Below the pieces are notes generated by a model. The model did not search any database. It worked only from the letters and a program-made list of their open reading frames with translations, and was not told the DNA's origin. Below are positions 38,098 to 46,957 of a DNA stretch of 64,000 nucleotides, piece by piece; the first letter of the stretch is position 1, and each line of letters begins with the position of its first letter. A program made the position numbers and the translations under genes. This DNA comes from an uncultured delta proteobacterium (GTDB lineage Bacteria; Desulfobacterota; Syntrophorhabdia; Syntrophorhabdales; WCHB1-27), in the NCBI GenBank assembly GCA_963810935.1, contig CAWEPK010000008.1, forward strand, positions 352,001-416,000. The letters run 5' to 3'.

Positions 38098-39114
38098 CTA
38101 TCCGGGTGTAAGGGCCGAAAGCGCGTCCGTTAGGCTGCCCTCGACCATCCTCCCGCCTGACTCGATCGCGAAACAGCCTTCTTCGATGCCTTCCCCTTCC
38201 GTCCAACCAGGGGCGATCCCCGATGCAGCGAGCCTCTTCAGGTTTGCCCGTTTGTAACCTGTGATATGGGGGACGTCGCGCCGGTTAACCGAGACGCGCG
38301 CCGCAGCAAAGCCTGACGAGGCATGCCGCGCAAGCACCGCAAGCCAGAACGCCTCCGATTTGACGAGGTAGCCGAAGGCGGGATGAAATGGGCCTGCCGC
38401 CATCTTCTCACGGAGGACTTCATTTTCGGTCAGGCCCATCTTTATGGTCCTGATGCCCCGCTCCCATGCGCTTACATAGATAAATGCGGCCTTCGCCACT
38501 GCGGATTTAAGGTCATCCGGCGAGAAGCGGCCCTCCCTGAAGTCCTCGCATAAAGGCGTCCCATCAATGACGACGAGGGGATAGATACGTATGAACGCCG
38601 GGGTCAGCGCCGTAATATTGGCGGCCGTCTCCCGCAAGTCAGCCGGCGTCTCGCCGGGAAGCCCCACCATCACCTGCAAGGCCGTCCGGAAGCCCTGCCC
38701 GCTGAAAAACCGGACGGCGGCGCGCACGTCTTCGGCGGTATGCCCCCTGTTCAGGCGGAGGAGGATATCGTCATTGAACGTGGGTGCGCCGATCTCTATG
38801 GTTTGCACGCTGTATCGCTTGAGGAGCGCAAGCACGTCCGGCGATACGGTGCGCGGCCTGACGGACAGGCGCATGGCTGCGATTTTGTCGCGGTATGGGT
38901 CGAGGAGCTGAAATACCGACTCGATCCGCCTGGCCGGCAGGCCCAGCAGGTCACCCCCGTAGAAGGCGACCTCCGCCGGGGCGGAAAGGGTGGCGAAGAG
39001 CCGGCCGATCCGCTCTTCCAGCGGCTCGGCCTGTCCCCCTGTTATATGCTCCTGGTTGCAATACGAGCAGCGCCGGCCGCATCCCAGGTGCGGCAAAAAA
39101 ATGGGCGCGATCAT
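38098..39114 (-). CDS. Radical SAM protein (Elp3/YhcC-like)
   Basis: PIFLPHLGCGRRCSYCNQ, MVGLPG, RIYP, GPFHPAFG; follows rnc. Confidence 0.88.
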   Translation of the reverse strand: MIAPIFLPHLGCGRRCSYCNQEHITGGQAEPLEERIGRLFATLSAPAEVAFYGGDLLGLPARRIESVFQLLDPYRDKIAAMRLSVRPRTVSPDVLALLKRYSVQTIEIGAPTFNDDILLRLNRGHTAEDVRAAVRFFSGQGFRTALQVMVGLPGETPADLRETAANITALTPAFIRIYPLVVIDGTPLCEDFREGRFSPDDLKSAVAKAAFIYVSAWERGIRTIKMGLTENEVLREKMAAGPFHPAFGYLVKSEAFWLAVLARHASSGFAAARVSVNRRDVPHITGYKRANLKRLAASGIAPGWTEGEGIEEGCFAIESGGRMVEGSLTDALSALTPG

Positions 39115-39782
39115 TGCACTTCAATCTGCTTCAAAAGGTGGGTCGCGGCGTTCTGCTCGGCCTGCCGCTTGCTCTTGCCCGTGCCTTTCGCCTTCAGCTC
39201 CTTGCCGATGTAAACGTGGATGCTGAAGCCGTCCTTTGTTTTTCTTGTCATGCGGTATTTCGGCAGGATGCCCCACTTCTTTTGCGAATACTCCTGAAGC
39301 ACGTTCTTCGGGCTCTTCTCCTGGAGCTTTACCTCGTCGAAATAGGGCCAGAAGAGCCGCCTTACCACGCGCGTGGCCGACCGCATGCCGCCGTCGAGAT
39401 AGACGGCGCCGATCAGTGCCTCCAGCATGTTCGAAAGGACTTTCGAGTCATGCGGCAGAACGGCCTTTCCGTTCCCGTAAGACATATGCTCGTCGAGGCT
39501 GATGGCGCGGGCTATCTCCGTGAGCGTGCCCCTCCTGACGAGGCACGATCTCGCGTTGCTCAGGAAGCCTTCGTTCTGGTCGTTGTATTTGCGGAAGAGC
39601 AATATGCTGATGACGGAGTTGAGGATGGCGTCGCCCAGGTATTCCAGCTTCTCGTTTTCCGACTTGACCAGCGTCCGCCTGTCATTCACGAAAGAGGCGT
39701 GCGTTATCGCCTGGGATAGGAGCTCCCGGTTCCCGAACTCGTACTTTATCGTCTCTTCCAGTAAAGAAGAATATTCAGTCAA
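39111..39782 (-). CDS. rnc: Ribonuclease III
   Basis: AITHAS, NEKLEYLGDAIL, EALIGAVYLDGG, dsRBD PK..LQEY...G.GKSKRQAEQ.AA. Confidence 0.95.
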   Translation of the reverse strand: MTEYSSLLEETIKYEFGNRELLSQAITHASFVNDRRTLVKSENEKLEYLGDAILNSVISILLFRKYNDQNEGFLSNARSCLVRRGTLTEIARAISLDEHMSYGNGKAVLPHDSKVLSNMLEALIGAVYLDGGMRSATRVVRRLFWPYFDEVKLQEKSPKNVLQEYSQKKWGILPKYRMTRKTKDGFSIHVYIGKELKAKGTGKSKRQAEQNAATHLLKQIEVQ

Positions 39783-39783
39783 A

Positions 39784-41361
39784 TCAGATTTTGAACGCCT
39801 CTTCTTTCCCGCTGTATTTTTTACGCAGCTTCGGCTTTTCTATCTTGCCTGTCGGGTTCCTGGGCACCGCATCCAGGAAAATCTTTCTGGGTCTCTTATA
39901 CTTAGGCAGCGGCTCGCAGAACGCGAGGACCTCTGCCTCCGTTATCTCCTTGCCGGGCACGCAGTCCACGATGGCGACGACGATCTCGCCCAGCCGCTCG
40001 TCGGGCAGGCCGATAACGGCCGCGTCCCTTACCTTGGGGTTCGTATGGAGGAAGTCTTCGATCTCCACCGGGAAGACATTCTCCCCTCCGGTGATGATGA
40101 CGTCTTTCTTCCTGTCCACGATCCAGATAAAGCCGTCCTCGTCGAACCGGGTCATGTCGCCCGTGTAGAGCCATCCGTCGCGCAGCGCCTTGGCCGTAGC
40201 CTCGGGGTTGTTGTAATACTCCCTCATCACCCCGTCGCCCCGGACAATCAGCTCACCCGGCTCACCCTTCGGCACGTCGTTGCCCTGCTCGTCCACGATG
40301 CGGGTCTCCCAGTTGAAGCCGGGCACCCCTATAGCTCCGACCTTGTGCGTGTTCTCCATGCCGAGATGGACACAGCCCGGCCCGGTCGATTCCGAAAGAC
40401 CGAAGTTCGTGTCATAGTCCATCTTGGGGAAGTACTTGCGCCAGTGCATGATAAGACTTGCGGGGACCGGCTGCGCCCCTATGTGCATGAGCCGCCACTG
40501 GTCGAGCTTGTAATTCGATATTTTCAGCTCTCCGCTGTCGAGTTTCAGCAATATGTCCTGCGCCCACGGCACTAGGAGCCACACGATGGTACCGCCTTCC
40601 TCGCTCACCGCATCCAGCACCCATTCGGGAGAGACGCCTTTCAATATGACTGCGGGGCCGCCCACGATGAAGCTGCCGAACCAGTGCATCTTTGCCCCTG
40701 TGTGGTACAGCGGCGGTATCAGGATAAACATATCTTTCCTGGTCTGGCGGTGGTGAGCGTTCTCCGTGATGCAGGCGGACGCCATGTTCTTGTGCGTAAG
40801 CAGGATAGGCTTCGGCTGCCCGGTCGTCCCGGACGTAAAATAGAGCCCGCACGGGTCGTCGAACTCGATCTCGGTGGCAAGGCGCGTAGCCGGGGCCGCG
40901 TTAACGAGCTTCGTGAAATCCTCGGCGTAGGAAGGGATCTCCTTGCCCAAACAGATATATTCCCGCGCCGTGAGCTGGTCTTTGACCGCGTTTATCCTCG
41001 GCGCGAACTCTTCATCGAATACCATCGCCTTCGGCTGTGCGACGTCGCAGCAATACTTCAGGTCTTCCGCCGTAAACCGGAAATTGAGCGGCACGACCCA
41101 TGCGCCAGTCCTCACTATACCGAAATAGGCCACGAGCCAGTCGATGGAATTGTTCATGAAATGGACGACCTTGTCGCCCTTTTCGATGCCTTTTGACCGC
41201 AATACGTTCGAGAACTTATCCGCCCTGTCGCTAAATTCCTTCCATGTAATCTGGCTGCGTTTACCCACAGCCGGCGTCCTCTCCACGAGCGCCAGGTCGT
41301 CCGGGTACATGCGCGCGTTCCTGGCCAGAATCTCACCTATATGCACATCCATCTTCCCCAT
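39784..41361 (-). CDS. Acyl-CoA synthetase (class I adenylate-forming enzyme)
   Basis: YFTSGTTGQPK, FGLSE, YTGD, DRKKDVII.GGEN, PRNPTGKI. Confidence 0.94.
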   Translation of the reverse strand: MGKMDVHIGEILARNARMYPDDLALVERTPAVGKRSQITWKEFSDRADKFSNVLRSKGIEKGDKVVHFMNNSIDWLVAYFGIVRTGAWVVPLNFRFTAEDLKYCCDVAQPKAMVFDEEFAPRINAVKDQLTAREYICLGKEIPSYAEDFTKLVNAAPATRLATEIEFDDPCGLYFTSGTTGQPKPILLTHKNMASACITENAHHRQTRKDMFILIPPLYHTGAKMHWFGSFIVGGPAVILKGVSPEWVLDAVSEEGGTIVWLLVPWAQDILLKLDSGELKISNYKLDQWRLMHIGAQPVPASLIMHWRKYFPKMDYDTNFGLSESTGPGCVHLGMENTHKVGAIGVPGFNWETRIVDEQGNDVPKGEPGELIVRGDGVMREYYNNPEATAKALRDGWLYTGDMTRFDEDGFIWIVDRKKDVIITGGENVFPVEIEDFLHTNPKVRDAAVIGLPDERLGEIVVAIVDCVPGKEITEAEVLAFCEPLPKYKRPRKIFLDAVPRNPTGKIEKPKLRKKYSGKEEAFKI

Positions 41362-41589
41362 CTGCAACCCCCTCACAGATAAATTGTGTATACCGTTTTC
41401 CCCATGCATCCCACTTTATCATGGTGAAAAGCGTCTGTCCAGAGATTTGGATGACCAAAAAGGGGCCTAGCTATTTTTGATGATAGGCGCCGTGATCGAC
41501 GGGCCGCCCGACGAGATCGTACAGTTGGAGTACATCGAGGAGGCGCGGCCCGGAGAGACAGGCGTATAGCGCAAAAAGAGCCAGGCCCC

Positions 41590-43032
41590 TCACTTTTTGC
41601 GGAATAGGCGGCTGGCTATGCGTATCAGCAGGCTGCTGCGCAGCTTATCGATATGGGCCATTTTGGCGGGCTGGCGCACGACATCGGTCAGGGTCGGATA
41701 GACGTGGATAACGGAGTCGAGCTTGTGGAAAGGGATGCCGAAGGTCCTGGCAATCTGGGCCTCATGGATCAACTCGCCTGCCCGATCGCCCAGAATGTGG
41801 GCGCCCAGCAGCATGCCTTTGCGGTCGCAGATGAACTTGGCCATGCCGAACTCGTCGCCTTCAGTCTTCCCCCGGTCCGTATCGGCGAACTTCCACTTGT
41901 ATATCCGCACGCCCGTGTGTCCCGCCCTCGCCTCCTCCTCGGTGAGACCTGCGTGGGCGAACTCCGGGTCGGTAAAGGTGCACCAGATATAGTTGTCGTA
42001 TGCGGCAGTCGCCTTGAAGGGGATCAGGGCGTCGCGCGTCGCTATCCTTGCCTGGTATTCGGCCATGTGGGAGAACTGGTATGGCCCGGTCACGTCGCCG
42101 CACGTATAGATATTGCGGCCGGTCGTCCTCATGTGGCCGTCTGCCTTGATGCCTTTCTGGGTATATTCGATCCCTGCGGTCTCAAGGTCGAGCCCTTCGA
42201 TATTCGGCCTGCGGCCGACCGCGACAAGGAGCTTCTCTACTACGAGGCTCCTCCGTGCGCCGGATGCGTCTTCAAGGGCGATGTCGACCTTTTCACCGTC
42301 CCGTTTGGCGCCGACCGCCTTTGTCCCGGTAAGCAATTCGATGCCGTGGCCGACCATGCGGCCGGCCAGGAGGTCGGCAAGCTCGACGTCCTCCCTGGCC
42401 AGTATCCGGTTACCCGCCTCGATAACCGTTACCGCCGTCCCAAGGTAGGCGAACGCCTGGGCCATCTCCATGCCGATGGGACCGGCGCCGAGGACGGCCA
42501 TCGAGGCAGGCAGCCCGTCGAGGCCAAAGAGCGTCTCGTTCGTAAGATAGGGTACTGCATCGATGCCTGGGATGGCGGGCACGAGCGGAGAGGAGCCGGT
42601 GCAAACGATAAAGCTGCGGGCGGAGACAACGCGCTTATCCAGCCCGATGTGGTGTCTGTCAAGGAAGCGGGGAGAACCTATGATAAGCTCTATGCCGAGG
42701 CGCTCCAACACCTCCGGGCTGTGGCCCCGGTAGACCCTCTCGATAATCGAGCGCACCCTGGGGAAAACGCCGTCCGTCGTATAGGGCGAGGCCGGCGGCG
42801 CGCCCCGTGCGGCGAAACCCAGCCCCACCGCCTCCGGGTCCCCCATCTGTCTGTAGACCCTGGCTGTCTTTATGAGCGCCTTGCTGGGGACACAACCATA
42901 AAGGGTGCACTCCCCGCCCAGCCTGCTTTTTTCGACGATGGCGACTTTCTTGCCCAGGCCCGCGCCCAGCTTCGACGCGACGAGCCCCGCGGCCCCGCCC
43001 CCGATCACCACAAGGTCATAATCGTAACCCAC
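41590..43032 (-). CDS. Flavoprotein disulfide reductase (dihydrolipoamide dehydrogenase/MerA-like)
   Basis: GGGAAG, GGECTLYGCVPSK, GAGPIG.E, TFTDPE, HVYPT; no C-terminal CC pair. Confidence 0.9.
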   Translation of the reverse strand: MGYDYDLVVIGGGAAGLVASKLGAGLGKKVAIVEKSRLGGECTLYGCVPSKALIKTARVYRQMGDPEAVGLGFAARGAPPASPYTTDGVFPRVRSIIERVYRGHSPEVLERLGIELIIGSPRFLDRHHIGLDKRVVSARSFIVCTGSSPLVPAIPGIDAVPYLTNETLFGLDGLPASMAVLGAGPIGMEMAQAFAYLGTAVTVIEAGNRILAREDVELADLLAGRMVGHGIELLTGTKAVGAKRDGEKVDIALEDASGARRSLVVEKLLVAVGRRPNIEGLDLETAGIEYTQKGIKADGHMRTTGRNIYTCGDVTGPYQFSHMAEYQARIATRDALIPFKATAAYDNYIWCTFTDPEFAHAGLTEEEARAGHTGVRIYKWKFADTDRGKTEGDEFGMAKFICDRKGMLLGAHILGDRAGELIHEAQIARTFGIPFHKLDSVIHVYPTLTDVVRQPAKMAHIDKLRSSLLIRIASRLFRKK

Positions 43033-43096
43033 AGGCCCTCCGAAAAAACAGGCGCAGCGATTTCATCGCCCCCTTGCTCGGGCCCCCCGAGCCCGG

Positions 43097-45004
43097 TCAG
43101 GCGGTCTTTAACCCTTCCGTCATCAGGTCGGCCACAGCAGAGGCAAAGGCCGCCGGGTCTTTAGGCCTCGACCCTTCTATAAGGAGCGCCTGGTCATACA
43201 GGAGCCTCGCGTAACGGTGCAGCAAGGGGCTCTCCTTGTCCTTATCGAACAGGCCGTTCATCGCGGCAAAGAGCGGGTGGTCGCCGTTGATCTCGAGTAT
43301 CCTCTTGTTGTCCGGCACGCTCTGGCCCATGGCCTTCATCATCCTCTCCATTTGCGGGTTGATGCCGCCTTCTTCCCCGACGAGGAGGCACGCCGAGTCC
43401 TTCAGCCTGCCCGACAAGCGCACGTCCTTCACGTCGTCGGCCAGCTCTTCCTTGATGAGATCGATAAGCTTCCGGTATTTGCTGCTCGCCTTTTCCTTTT
43501 CCTCCCGCTCCGATTTGTCGAGCTCGATATCGCCCGCTATGACCGATCTCAACTGCTTGTCTTTATACGAAAAACCTGACATGACGAAGTTGTCCACCTC
43601 GTCCGGCATGATGAGGACCTCGAAATCCTTCGCCCGGAACGCCTCCAGGTAGGGCGATTTCACCGCCTCTTCGAAAGACGTCGCAGGCATGTAATAGATA
43701 AATTCCTGCCCATCCTTCATGCCGTCCAGGTATTCCTGAAGCGTCCTCAGATCGTCCTTCCCACCCTTGGTAGAGGGAAAGAAAAGCAGGTCGGCTATGG
43801 CATCCTTCCTAGTGAAGTCGTAATAAATACCTTCCTTCAGGACTGCGCCGAACTGCCTGTAGAAAGAGAGGTACTTCTCCGGCTCGTCCTTCTTCATGTC
43901 GGCCAGCGTATCGAGCGTCTTCTTCACGATGCTGTTCCTGATGATCTCTACCTGTCTGTTGTTTTGCAGCATCTCGCGCGATATGTTGAGGGGAAGGTCC
44001 GAAGAATCGACGATACCCCGTACAAACCTCAGATACGGCGGCAGCAGCGCCTCGCAGTGCTCCATGATCCGCACCCGCTTCACGTAAAGCGTCGGCCCCA
44101 TCTTGTACTCTTTCCAGAATATGTCGAACGGCGGTTTGGAGGGGATGTAAAGCAGGCCGGTAAACTCGGATGTACCCTCGGCCTTGTAATGTATCACCTC
44201 GACCGGGTCTTCGGTGTCGTGCGATATGTGCTTGTAGAACTGGTTGTATTCCTCGGGCGTAATCTCCGATTTATCGCGCAGCCAGACGGCTTTCCGCGAG
44301 TTGAGGGTTACGTCCTCCTTCAGCTTTACCGTCTTCGACTTGTCCAGCTCGCTCGGCCTCTCCCTCTCGACCTCCATCACGACGGGGTGTTCGATAAAAT
44401 CGGAATAGCGATGGACGACATCCCTTATCTCCCATTCATCGAGGTACTGCTTCTCGTCTTCCCGGAGGTGAAGCGTGACGTCCGTACCCTTCCCTTTCTT
44501 CTCCGCCTCTTCGAAAGTGAAGCTGCCGTCACCGGTCGATTCCCACCTGACGCCCATAGAGCCGCCCGAGCCCGCCTTCCGGGAAAGGACCGTAATCCGG
44601 TCGGCCACCATAAAAGACGAATAAAAACCCACCCCGAACTGGCCTATCAACTCGGGATTGTCCTTAACGTCCTTTCCTTGGAGGGCCTGGATAAACTCCC
44701 GGGTGCCGGAGCGCGCTATGGTGCCGAGGGCCTCAACCGCCTCGTCTTTCGTCATGCCTATTCCGTTGTCGCTAACTGTCAGCGTGCCTTTTTCCTTGTC
44801 CGCCGTTATGCGGATCGTCCACTCCCCGTCGTCCTCCTGGACTGCCGCGTTCGTCAGCGACTCGTATCTGGCACGGTCTATCGCGTCCGACGCGTTGGAG
44901 ATCAGCTCCCTTAAAAAGACCTCTTTGTTCGAATAGAGGGAATGTATCATAAGATCGAGAAGCTGCTTGATCTCGGTCTTGAACTCCCGTTTCTCCCCGC
45001 TCAT
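43097..45004 (-). CDS. htpG: Chaperone HtpG
   Basis: SLYSNKEVFLRELISNASDA, DNGIGM, IGQFGVGFYS, DLPLNISRE. Confidence 0.98.
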   Translation of the reverse strand: MSGEKREFKTEIKQLLDLMIHSLYSNKEVFLRELISNASDAIDRARYESLTNAAVQEDDGEWTIRITADKEKGTLTVSDNGIGMTKDEAVEALGTIARSGTREFIQALQGKDVKDNPELIGQFGVGFYSSFMVADRITVLSRKAGSGGSMGVRWESTGDGSFTFEEAEKKGKGTDVTLHLREDEKQYLDEWEIRDVVHRYSDFIEHPVVMEVERERPSELDKSKTVKLKEDVTLNSRKAVWLRDKSEITPEEYNQFYKHISHDTEDPVEVIHYKAEGTSEFTGLLYIPSKPPFDIFWKEYKMGPTLYVKRVRIMEHCEALLPPYLRFVRGIVDSSDLPLNISREMLQNNRQVEIIRNSIVKKTLDTLADMKKDEPEKYLSFYRQFGAVLKEGIYYDFTRKDAIADLLFFPSTKGGKDDLRTLQEYLDGMKDGQEFIYYMPATSFEEAVKSPYLEAFRAKDFEVLIMPDEVDNFVMSGFSYKDKQLRSVIAGDIELDKSEREEKEKASSKYRKLIDLIKEELADDVKDVRLSGRLKDSACLLVGEEGGINPQMERMMKAMGQSVPDNKRILEINGDHPLFAAMNGLFDKDKESPLLHRYARLLYDQALLIEGSRPKDPAAFASAVADLMTEGLKTA

Positions 45005-45277
45005 CTATCTGCCTCCTCGTTCATATTTTTCGGAAAAATGCGGCTTTAGCCGGACTTCCCGGCCGGTCATCACTAACTAATATAACGAAGAAACCCCCGG
45101 CAGGCAAGTTGGCCCTGTTAAGGCGACCGGCAGATTGAGCAGGGTAACGAAAGGTCGTTTATTGCAGCGGGCGGCCTCTCACACGGCCCGCCCATGATAA
45201 AAGCAGGACCGGTCCCCCCATCAGATAGTGGGGGGAAGGGGGACCGGCCTCCCGTCTTGCAGGTTTTGCGATTACTG

Positions 45278-45481
45278 TCAGGAAAAGAACGGCATGCGAT
45301 CGACCACTTCCAGCTCCTTCAGATACTCCCGCAACTGGTCGGCCCCATCGCCGGCGAAATCTATACTGCCGGACCCGTTGAAGAATATCCTTACGCCGTG
45401 GTCTTCGCCGTGGTCTAAGTCGATGTAATCAACGTTATCCATGTTGAAAAGCTTCTCTTTAACTTGCATGAATTTGGCCAC
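45278..45481 (-). CDS. Small hypothetical protein
   Basis: SD GGGAGG, GTG start, LFNMDNVDYIDL. Confidence 0.75.
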   Translation of the reverse strand: MAKFMQVKEKLFNMDNVDYIDLDHGEDHGVRIFFNGSGSIDFAGDGADQLREYLKELEVVDRMPFFS

Positions 45482-45629
45482 TTTCGCCTCCCTGGTCGTT
45501 ATTTTGTTCTATAATTAAGTATAATAGCGCCGTGCCGGTCTGTCATGGCGGCCACATAAAGAATCGCCGGAAAGTGCACTGCCGGAAGGAGACGTGCGCT
45601 TTTCGGGCGCGCATTCGGTTGGAGGCCAC

Positions 45630-46343
45630 GTGGATAACTATAATGGAAGCGACATAGACGAGACGACGGGCGAAAGGCGGGACCTCTACGAGCTGCTTGT
45701 CTTTCTCTTTCTGATATTTCCGGCGCTCTTGCTCCCCTATCTCGCCGCCGCCCGCATCCCTGCGAATTTCACCTTCACTGCGGGCGGGACGATAATCCAT
45801 AACCTGGCTTACCTGTGTCTCATAGCCTATTTCCTTTGGAGAAACGGGGAGTCGAGGGAACGCATCGGCTGGGTAGGCGGCCGGATAGGGAGGGAGATGA
45901 TCATAGGCTTCTGGCTCTTCCTGGTCATGTCTATTACGGCCACTCTTATCCAGCACGCCATACAGGCGGCCGGTATAACGCTGCCGGCCCACCCGGTGCC
46001 CTCTTCCCTTATTGCCCGCACGCCTGCGGGCTATGTCCTTACTTTCATACTGGTGGTCGTCGTGGCCGTGTCCGAAGAGACGATCTTCAGGGGATACCTG
46101 ATACTGCGGCTGGCAACGGTGACGCGCAGCCGGGCTGCGGCGGTGCTCATCTCCACGGCCATCTTTTCGCTGGGACACGGCTACGAAGGCGCGCTCGGCG
46201 TCGTGGCCGTCTTTTTCATAGGGTTGTATCTCGCTTTAGTCTACCTGTGGAGGGGAAGCCTGGTGGCGTCTATGACGATACATTTCCTGCAGGACTTCGT
46301 GGGGCTCTTCGGGGCAGCCCTCTCGAAGCAACTGAACGGGTAG
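45630..46343 (+). CDS. CPBP/Abi (CAAX) intramembrane protease
   Basis: EETIFRGY, F..GHGYEG, IHFLQD. Confidence 0.9.
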   Translation: MDNYNGSDIDETTGERRDLYELLVFLFLIFPALLLPYLAAARIPANFTFTAGGTIIHNLAYLCLIAYFLWRNGESRERIGWVGGRIGREMIIGFWLFLVMSITATLIQHAIQAAGITLPAHPVPSSLIARTPAGYVLTFILVVVVAVSEETIFRGYLILRLATVTRSRAAAVLISTAIFSLGHGYEGALGVVAVFFIGLYLALVYLWRGSLVASMTIHFLQDFVGLFGAALSKQLNG

Positions 46344-46363
46344 CCTGTTTCGCAAAACCGGGA

Positions 46364-46675
46364 TCAGCCCTTCTTGCGCAGCTCCAGATCCACTTCGCCA
46401 GCGAATGTCTCGGCCAGCTTTGCCTGGAGGCTGTCGAAGGCGGCCTGCTCTTCGAGCTCGACGACAAGCTCGCTCTCGTCAAGGACCTTGAGGCGACCGT
46501 ATTGCCTGACGATCTCAATCACCTTGTCAGGCTCGGTCGTAACCCAGCCCTTCATGCGCCGCAGCAGCTCCTCGCCGTTGAAAGGCCGCTCGATGGTCAG
46601 ATCGACCCTGCGCCCTTTGGCCTCCCAGCCGACGATGGCGGATGCGACCAGGGTTGGAGTGACAGGGTCATGCAT
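46364..46675 (-). CDS. Conserved hypothetical protein
   Basis: Host-like codon bias, amphipathic alpha/beta pattern. Confidence 0.7.
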   Translation of the reverse strand: MHDPVTPTLVASAIVGWEAKGRRVDLTIERPFNGEELLRRMKGWVTTEPDKVIEIVRQYGRLKVLDESELVVELEEQAAFDSLQAKLAETFAGEVDLELRKKG

Positions 46676-46851
46676 AGCAGCACATCTGAGCCATAATTTA
46701 GCGCGTATCATAATAATCTGTCCTCCCTATATCGTGTGCCGATCAGGATTGGATATTATAATCGGGAACGTATGGCGAAACAAGCTACATACCTTTCCCC
46801 ATTCGGAGCTTGTTGAAGGAGGCGCGCAGGGAAAACCGCCCCCCCTCTGAC

Positions 46852-46892
46852 ATAAAGAAGGCCGGCCGCTCTACCCGGCCGGCCTTCTTTAT
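46852..46892. terminator. Bidirectional intrinsic terminator
   Basis: Perfect 17-bp arms ataaagaaggccggccg / cggccggccttctttat. Confidence 0.85.
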
Positions 46893-46957
46893 TTTCACCT
46901 GACCCGTACAGCAAGCGGCTCAACGCGGGACATTGCGAGGCCGCGTGCGGTAGCGAA

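Noticed and set aside
41443..41569. Short frame with internal TAG (...KGA*LFLMIGAVIDGPPDEIVQLEYIEE...) as a pyrrolysine ORF
   Set aside because: No credible start or SD, and no pyl context; more likely a gene remnant.
41590..43032. Mercuric reductase MerA call
   Set aside because: Lacks the C-terminal Cys-Cys pair and NmerA domain; no mer operon.
2186..44914. Long antisense or alternate-frame ORFs (e.g. 3322-4452, 6646-7872, 29069-30244, 41653-43164)
   Set aside because: Shadows of recognisable genes, expected with high GC3 codon bias; no family motifs.
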